Shown piece by piece: positions 1-5,773 of a stretch of DNA of 13,305 nt. The notes beneath the pieces are model-generated. The model saw only the letters and a list, made by a program, of their open reading frames with translations. It made no database searches and had not been told where the DNA came from. Source of the stretch: Synechococcus sp. (lineage in GTDB: Bacteria; Cyanobacteriota; Cyanobacteriia; Thermostichales; PCC-7336); contig JBFRWD010000135.1 in NCBI GenBank assembly GCA_051439425.1, positions 1 through 13,305 of the forward strand. The letters run 5' to 3'. Every line of letters begins with the position of its first letter. The first letter of the stretch is position 1. The translations under genes were made by a program, and so were the position numbers.

Positions 1-1184
1 GGGGCATCGAGCCCCTGTTGGGCAGCGGCGTAAAAATTGTTTTGGGCCCGATCGAAGGAGAGATGGAATTCGGGAGGCGTTGCTTGCGTAGCCAGAGAGT
101 GAACGAGACCGAAGTAGAACGCTGCCGTAGCGATCGCGTCCGCAACACTAGTGACGGCGGGGACAACTCGGTGCTCGATGCGTAGGTGGGGACTACCGTC
201 GGAGTTAAAGCCAATCAGAGGACGGTTCCAACGCCAGATGGTGCCGTTGTGAAGGCGAAGGTGGTTGAAGCGATCGATCCCTGTTTCTAGGGTTTCGGGC
301 AGCAAGACGGAGTAGTGCTTCAGGTTTTCGAGGAAGCATTCCATCATGGATTCTTTGAGATAGCCCTGGCCGAGGGACACGCGGCTGATGGGATGGTCGA
401 GATCGGCATCGACGGGATTGTCGATGGTCATAATTTGCTCGAACAAGGGGATGCGGGTTTCACACCATAGATTTCTGCCAAACAAGTAGGGAGAGTTGGC
501 TGAGACAGCCACCATAGGAGCCGCCAAAATGGTGGAGGCATTGAAATAGCGCAGGGCGGCAGAGGGGGGAACCTGCAGGTGAATCTGGAACGATGTGGCA
601 GCGGCTTCGATCATGATGTTGGGGCTGTCGAAGCTGAAACTATCCGACGAACTGCCATGGGGGTCGGGGATGTTGATATGGATTTGCCGATCGCTTCTTC
701 GAGCGATCAAGCGCTGGTTCAATGCCCGGTAGCGAGCTCGGTCGGACATATTGCTAAGGGAAAGATGAGCGGGCCGAAGTGTAGGCAGGATGCCGATGGA
801 AAGCAGGTGGGTTTCGAGTTGTTCGGCGACTTCGGTGCAATGTTGCCAGGTCTTCTCTAAGCCAGCCTGCATCAGGCTGAGACAATTTGCTTCTAGGGGC
901 TGGGGGATCGTGTTGATCTCGACGTTAAAGCTGGCTAGTTCTTCCACCACGAGGCTGCTGTTGAGGCGGCTCAAATAAGGATGGTTGATGGCGGCGGGTT
1001 GGAACTCGCGATCGATCAAGCAGGCCTCTAACTCGAATCCGCCAACCAATTCCGAGGATTCGGGCAACGAGGGTTCGGCTCGATCGAACCACTGAGCCAG
1101 TCGGTCGGTTTCCTGACACAGGTTGTGGTGAAACCGGGCAAAGTCGGCTTCGCTGAAGCGATCGGTGGATATTTCTTGGCCCAT
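1..1184 (-). CDS. Glutamate--cysteine ligase family 2 (GCS2)-like carboxylate-amine ligase, 3'-truncated by the window edge
   Basis: Not in the ORF track because it has no stop inside the window. Manual translation from ATG at 1184 gives MGQEISTDRFSEADFARFHHNL...GFELEACLID...ELASFNVEIN...IGILPTL...MSDRARYRALN...EAAATSFQIHLQV...SANSPYLFGRNLWCETRIPLFEQ...LRLHNGTIWRWNRPLIG...PHLRIEHRVVPA. These are characteristic GCS2-type motifs, and the frame appears open to the left edge (~394 codons). Confidence 0.88.
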   Translation of the reverse strand, partial: MGQEISTDRFSEADFARFHHNLCQETDRLAQWFDRAEPSLPESSELVGGFELEACLIDREFQPAAINHPYLSRLNSSLVVEELASFNVEINTIPQPLEANCLSLMQAGLEKTWQHCTEVAEQLETHLLSIGILPTLRPAHLSLSNMSDRARYRALNQRLIARRSDRQIHINIPDPHGSSSDSFSFDSPNIMIEAAATSFQIHLQVPPSAALRYFNASTILAAPMVAVSANSPYLFGRNLWCETRIPLFEQIMTIDNPVDADLDHPISRVSLGQGYLKESMMECFLENLKHYSVLLPETLETGIDRFNHLRLHNGTIWRWNRPLIGFNSDGSPHLRIEHRVVPAVTSVADAIATAAFYFGLVHSLATQATPPEFHLSFDRAQNNFYAAAQQGLDA

Positions 1185-1403
1185 AACTCTACTTATATAG
1201 AGATGTGGTTGTGGGGTTCCCTCAAGCAAAGCACAGATTGCAGCAATATAGGCTGCACTAAAACTAGATGTTTCGATAGTAAGCAAGCCGCGAGTGGGGG
1301 GGGCGAGCTGGGACGAACTGACACCAATGTAATGTTCGGTAATCCCGCCTGACTCCAGCCTTAAAGTGCAGATTTAGCGGGAGCAACACCAAGGCTTATA
1401 AGC

Positions 1404-1409
1404 TATGAT
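1404..1409 (+). promoter_or_regulatory. Putative -10 element (TATGAT) of the ssrA promoter
   Basis: TATGAT is a 5/6 match to TATAAT, 13 nt upstream of the mature tmRNA 5' end, which fits a short RNase P-removed leader. It is preceded directly by the palindrome GCTTATAAGC (1394-1403). No clear -35. Confidence 0.4.
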
Positions 1410-1422
1410 GGATGAACTTCAC

Positions 1423-1811
1423 GGGGCTGTAACGGTTTCGACGCGTTAGCGAAAGTTCCTTTGTGATGCTGGTCGGGATTGAGCTTCTCCCGTTACCTAC
1501 AGGCTCAAGCACATTAAGTGCCAACAAAATCGTTGCTTTTTCTCGTAAACCTGCTGCAGTAGCGGTAGCTTAAGTCGAACACTTTTTCGATCGAGGACTG
1601 ATTCGGGACTCCGTTAAACGTCTCAGTCAAACCCCCAACGGATGCATCTAGCAAACTCCTCCGGTAGGTTGCTGGCCTAAGACTAAACTGGAGCATCCCA
1701 CCGTCAGGGATAAGTGACGGTTCCCGTTCCGAGGGTTAGAGGAACTAGGCCAGTGAATGAGTGAAGGGTGATTACCTAAAGCGGACACGGGTTCGACTCC
1801 CGTCAGCTCCA
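1423..1811 (+). ncRNA. ssrA: tmRNA (transfer-messenger RNA), one-piece, 389 nt
   Basis: 5' end GGGGCTGTAACGGTTTCGAC; 3' end GGACACGGGTTCGACTCCCGTCAGCTCCA with a T-loop GTTCGAC. Acceptor stem GGGGCTG/CAGCTCC has the G3:U alanine identity pair and discriminator A. An internal tag ORF is present. CCA is not encoded. Confidence 0.97.
1520..1573 (+). other. tmRNA proteolysis tag reading frame: ANKIVAFSRKPAAVAVA*
   Basis: Resume codon GCC at 1520 after TTAAGT; stop TAA at 1571-1573. Resembles cyanobacterial tags of the ANNIVxFxRxxxxVAA type. Confidence 0.92.
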
Positions 1812-1827
1812 TGCTAAAAACGTAAAA

Positions 1828-1893
1828 GCAGTCTCGCTGAAAATGTAGGGCCCCTCTTATTCCATGAGGGCAAATTTTTCATAGCGAGTTTGC
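1828..1893 (+). terminator. Long imperfect stem-loop immediately 3' of tmRNA (possible terminator or processing structure)
   Basis: GCAGTCTCGCTGAAAA (1828-1843) pairs with TTTTCATAGCGAGTTTGC (1876-1893), enclosing an inner stem GCCCCTC/GAGGGC. There is no strong U-tract afterwards. Confidence 0.4.
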
Positions 1894-2100
1894 AGCAACA
1901 ATCGTTCTCGTGGTTGAATGTGCGCATCTTGCAGGGGTACCGACAAATCACCCCTGAATGACAGACATGTGTGTCGGTATGTATTCTTGAAGCCGATATC
2001 TTACGTACCTGCGTGCCGTAGATAGAGTTATCGAAGTCACGCCCCTCGCGGAAGAGAAACTCAAGATTGTGAATGTGAGCTGTTGGGGAATACATACGCA

Positions 2101-2658
2101 ATGAGACAAAATCGGTGGAGCAGGATTCCTCGATTCACTGCAGCAAGTTTATTGTTAGTTATTGGATTCGTGACCAGTTGCAGCCAGACAGAAAACAGCG
2201 AGAGCTCAGTACCACCATCTGAATCACCATCTCCCCAATCTGAGCAGACTGAAACCGAAGCGACGCCGGTTGTTGCAAACGATCCTCTCGCTGACACGAC
2301 CTGGCGCCTCGTAGAATTCCAGTCGGCGGACGATGAAATAGGTACGCTCGAACCCGAGGACCCATCCGCCTTCATCATGCGCTTACAGAGTGACGGAACT
2401 GTAACCATGAAACTAGATTGCAATAACGCCACAGGTACCTGGTCATCCGAACCCAGTGATGACGGCCAGAGTGGTAGCTTCTCATTTGGACCGCTGGCAG
2501 TTACCCGAGCCCTTTGCGCGCCTCCCAATATCGACGAGCGCATTGCATCAGATGCCGATTTTGTTCGTTCCTACGTTTTGCAAGATGGTCGGCTCCACTT
2601 CAGCCTGATGGCTGACGGTGGCATTTATACATGGGAGCCCAACCCAGGCGAAAAGTAG
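2101..2658 (+). CDS. META (HslJ-like) domain lipoprotein
   Basis: ATG at 2101. Basic N-region, hydrophobic core and lipobox-like FVTS-C, then a Ser/Pro/Glu-rich linker. META-type motifs follow: LADTTWRLVEF, DCNNATGTW, FSFGPLAVTRALC, with the two typical cysteines. Confidence 0.85.
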   Translation: MRQNRWSRIPRFTAASLLLVIGFVTSCSQTENSESSVPPSESPSPQSEQTETEATPVVANDPLADTTWRLVEFQSADDEIGTLEPEDPSAFIMRLQSDGTVTMKLDCNNATGTWSSEPSDDGQSGSFSFGPLAVTRALCAPPNIDERIASDADFVRSYVLQDGRLHFSLMADGGIYTWEPNPGEK

Positions 2659-2817
2659 CTTCAGGCTGAAGTTGAGACTCTATCTCTGATATGGCTAGCG
2701 TAGATGCAGCCCTCAACAAGAAGCCCAAACCTACGAGGGACACTTGACTGAAAGATTTGGGGAAGACATACAGTAGAGTGCAAACCGCTATGCAGATTTC
2801 TCGAATCGACTGCCTTC

Positions 2818-2901
2818 CCTAAGATTGAGAATTTGGAAGCCTTTCGAGAGTTTGTCGCTGTTCACGGCCACCTGACCCAACAGCAAATAGTAGATTTGTG
2901 A
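2818..2901 (+). pseudogene. Short remnant of an IS630-family transposase (HTH region)
   Basis: Translates PKIENLEAFREFVAVHGHLTQQQIVDL*, matching the recalled cyanobacterial IS630 pattern PKIxDLEAFRxFxExHGxLTQxxMAxxW. The expected W codon (TGG) reads TGA. No in-frame start nearby and no DDE domain. Confidence 0.6.
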
Positions 2902-2944
2902 CCAATATTGCATCTTGTCCTTACAAAAAATAGAAGAACAGAAA

Positions 2945-3400
2945 TTAGCGGCTTAACACTTCAAAGATGGCGTCTAGCGGAGAGAGTCCTCTTTCTATGA
3001 CCGCAGAGATGGCAGGCAAATACAGATCCATGCTTTCAACGTTGCTGTAGACAACCCTCTCGATCGCGAATGCGCCCAGATCGGTACCAGGCATTTCAAT
3101 ACTCGTGCGGTAGCGAATATCGCCGTTGAGATAGTTCATCTCAAAATTCCCGAGCTGTGTCGTGTAATTGATGCGGTTCAACAACTCTACCGTTTCTGCA
3201 TAGCGTTCTGGAATCGCGCGAATAGGGCTGGAGGAATAAAACACAAACTGACGACTCTCTTCATCGGCTTGAGCCACACAGGTCCAATCGCCATTCTTTC
3301 CCTGGCATTTCATGCTGTAAGCGGTTTGACCCTCAATCTCGTGGATAGGCCAACCGTCAGCTTTGAGATAAATCGAGATAGACTCGTAAATCGTTCTCAT
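2945..3400 (-). CDS. YbjN-domain protein (type III secretion chaperone-like fold)
   Basis: 151 aa, acidic. Motifs YLKADGWP, QGKNGDWTCVA, QFVFYS, ELLNRINY...GNFEMNYLNGDIRYRTSI and YLPAISAVI...SP are typical of cyanobacterial YbjN-family proteins. Starts 5 bp after the stop of the upstream gene. Confidence 0.85.
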   Translation of the reverse strand: MRTIYESISIYLKADGWPIHEIEGQTAYSMKCQGKNGDWTCVAQADEESRQFVFYSSSPIRAIPERYAETVELLNRINYTTQLGNFEMNYLNGDIRYRTSIEMPGTDLGAFAIERVVYSNVESMDLYLPAISAVIERGLSPLDAIFEVLSR

Positions 3401-3405
3401 TGAGC

Positions 3406-5523
3406 TTATCCTTTGACCGATTTACCAAAGAAGGGGATCTTTTGACCGAAGGTCTTATCATTCTCTTTTCGTTCAAGTTTTTCCATAATAATCTTGCGTA
3501 TCACTTCCACGTCTAGAGTCTCGATGTCTTTAGCTTTCACTCCAAAGAGTTCCAGTTTCTTGATCGCAATCTTATTACCATCCTTCGCTTCGAGAATAAT
3601 CGCTGTCACTCCCCACTTGGTACTGGACTCCAACACCTTTTTAGAAGAGCCTTCAACACCAGATTCAGATTCCAGCTGAGATTCTTGAGAAAGCCCAGCG
3701 GCGTAACTAGATTCGACGGTCTCTACAACTTTCTTGGCAACCTTCAGTACCGAACCAACGGCTTTAGTGATACCGCCGTCAGCGGCAGCTACTAGCGAAC
3801 CAATTATCTTAAGGGCACTGATAATGATTTCAGCCCCCGAGCTAATGGCAAGGAATCGACTTCGCTTGGCAGTGCTTTTAAGTGCCCCAATGAGGCCAGA
3901 CTTTATAGCTTCGACCTGTTGATTGAGCTTGCCTTCTTCCACATATCGGATAACAAGCCCTGCCCCCTTAATCAGATTTTGAAAGACATTAATGACATTC
4001 GATAGAATTCCTAAAACCGGTACATTATCATCAACCATCAAATCATTGATTCGTTGCCCCAACATGGCTAGCTTTTGTTCAACCTTGAGGGCTCCTGACA
4101 GTGCTTGGTCTTCATTGTGGTTCTGTTCAGTCTCGGAGACGTCATCTTTGGTACTTTTTGAGAGTGCGGCAAATATTTCAGAAAAAGAGCTAACCACCTC
4201 TCCAATCGAGCCTACGAGATAGCCAATATCTGTATTGGTCTCGGCTAAATCTTTGCTGATAACAGACAGTTTCCCTAGCCCATCAGAGCCTCCAGCATAG
4301 ACCGATCCAGCAGTACCCACCTTATCTGTGACATCCTTAACTTGTTCAGAGGTGTCCTTACTTTTCTTCGTATTTTTTAGAGACTCTTTGAAGATTTGCA
4401 GTTTTACCTTGAGCACAACTTTTTCTTCTGGCTCTGGCGATCGCGGCCGTAGTTGAATCGGTAAGTACTGATAGGCTAACGTTGTTGCCTTGAGCGGATC
4501 GACTCCATCTTTTAGCAGATTTTTCTCTACACTCATCGCAAGTTCGACCAGTTCTGCGCTCCGCAAAACGTCATACTCGCTCACAAAGTCCATGTGAAGC
4601 GGTACAACTTTTTTGGGATAAAACTCGTTGCCAAATGTATAGTGCCAGCTTTGACTAAATCCATCCTTGAATTTTGACCAAAACGTCTTCTGCTGCTGAT
4701 TGGCTTGCTTGGCTTCAGATTCGCTTTGCTGGGGCTCTTCAGGTTGTGGAGAATCAGAGCTTATATTCTTAGTTTTTTCAATACTCGATTCAATCGATTC
4801 ATCATCTTTCCCGTTCGATTGAGTTAAAGAGGAAATATTATCTCTTTCCTCCACAACTTGATACATTAACTCTTGAAGAACTTCAATCTTTTTGGTTTCC
4901 TCTTCCGATTTACCAACAACCTCATCATTCTCGTCTCTCTTTCGGTTAGAACTTTGATACCATGCAAAAACCTTCTTCTCCAGATCGGTCAGAATACGTA
5001 ATCGCTTTGCCTTTTCATCGCACTTAACATCGCTTTCTTCTAACTTTTCATACGATTCAAGTAAGCCTAAAATATCGTCGTAACTACTTCCTCCCGAACC
5101 AATTTTAACCAGTCCCCCAAGGGCCTTAAATCCTCTGCTGAGGATATTACGTCGACTGACACCAGTCCATTCCTCCAACTTTTTACCAGTCATCAGCTTC
5201 GCTTGAAGCAAGCCGTTGGAATTGGGTTGATGCGAACCGCGATCTCCTTCCAATTCGTTTCGATTACCGGGCAGATCAATTTTCAATCGCGGTTGAATCG
5301 GATGGGGAGACTTAACGGCGCATGAGGCAAGCTTCATCTGCGAGAGACTATGCCCCACTCGCTGTTGCTGTACCGGCGTCTCTTTCTGTGTTGAGACGGT
5401 TGATTCGGAATCTAGTTTGGGTTGGGACTGAGGGGCAAAGGGTCGGGATGCTTGAAAGCTCGACTTCGCTTGAGCAGGCGATTCTGAAGAAACAGGAGTC
5501 CGCTTGAGCTTCCGAATACGCAT
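3406..5523 (-). CDS. Hypothetical 705-aa protein; putative secreted effector/toxin with DUF4157-type leader and amphipathic helical C-terminal half
   Basis: Long uninterrupted ORF; ATG at 5523 is preferred over TTG at 5529. It has a disordered S/P/Q-rich N-terminus with SRPFA, GHSLSQM, PIQPRLKIDLPGNRNELEGDR and LLQAKL motifs, a charged helical middle, and Gly/Ala/Val/Ile-rich amphipathic segments in the C-terminal half. The CDS is secure; the function is inferred. Confidence 0.75.
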   Translation of the reverse strand: MRIRKLKRTPVSSESPAQAKSSFQASRPFAPQSQPKLDSESTVSTQKETPVQQQRVGHSLSQMKLASCAVKSPHPIQPRLKIDLPGNRNELEGDRGSHQPNSNGLLQAKLMTGKKLEEWTGVSRRNILSRGFKALGGLVKIGSGGSSYDDILGLLESYEKLEESDVKCDEKAKRLRILTDLEKKVFAWYQSSNRKRDENDEVVGKSEEETKKIEVLQELMYQVVEERDNISSLTQSNGKDDESIESSIEKTKNISSDSPQPEEPQQSESEAKQANQQQKTFWSKFKDGFSQSWHYTFGNEFYPKKVVPLHMDFVSEYDVLRSAELVELAMSVEKNLLKDGVDPLKATTLAYQYLPIQLRPRSPEPEEKVVLKVKLQIFKESLKNTKKSKDTSEQVKDVTDKVGTAGSVYAGGSDGLGKLSVISKDLAETNTDIGYLVGSIGEVVSSFSEIFAALSKSTKDDVSETEQNHNEDQALSGALKVEQKLAMLGQRINDLMVDDNVPVLGILSNVINVFQNLIKGAGLVIRYVEEGKLNQQVEAIKSGLIGALKSTAKRSRFLAISSGAEIIISALKIIGSLVAAADGGITKAVGSVLKVAKKVVETVESSYAAGLSQESQLESESGVEGSSKKVLESSTKWGVTAIILEAKDGNKIAIKKLELFGVKAKDIETLDVEVIRKIIMEKLERKENDKTFGQKIPFFGKSVKG

Positions 5524-5653
5524 AGCCAACCGAGGAAAGGAAAACCAGAAATTGCTGTCGCGAAGGACGTCGCCTATCTACCAACTCAATCTTGACGACA
5601 GCTAGCCAAAAATGACTGAGTCGCATTGCACTTCATCCATAGGATATGTTTCC

Positions 5654-5693
5654 CGTTTAGCGACTTAGGAGTCCTCATCCTAAGGTCTAAATG
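5654..5693. terminator. Imperfect inverted repeat between recG and the 705-aa gene (possible recG terminator or operator)
   Basis: CGTTTAGCGACTTAGGA-GTCCTCA-TCCTAAGGTCTAAATG; core CTTAGGA/TCCTAAG is perfect. Lies ~80 bp past the recG stop. Confidence 0.35.
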
Positions 5694-5773
5694 TCACGAT
5701 TCTCGAACTCAATCATTTCACCATGTAGAGCAGAATAAAACTTAGCGCATACAGTTATGGCTTGAAGTCTTTG

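Noticed and set aside
579..1119. Short ORFs 579-860 (+), 790-978 (+) and 925-1119 (-)
   Set aside because: They are shadow frames overlapping the GCS2-family gene on the minus strand.
1514..1696. 60-aa minus-strand ORF
   Set aside because: It lies antisense within the tmRNA gene and has no protein-like features.
1814..2104. 95-aa minus-strand ORF and a startless plus-strand frame (…YLRAVDRVIEVTPLAEEKLKIVNV…)
   Set aside because: No recognisable motif, start context or family; cannot be supported as a gene or pseudogene without a search.
1812..5773. Intact prophage or integrative element at ssrA
   Set aside because: No integrase, phage genes or duplicated att sequence were seen in the window.
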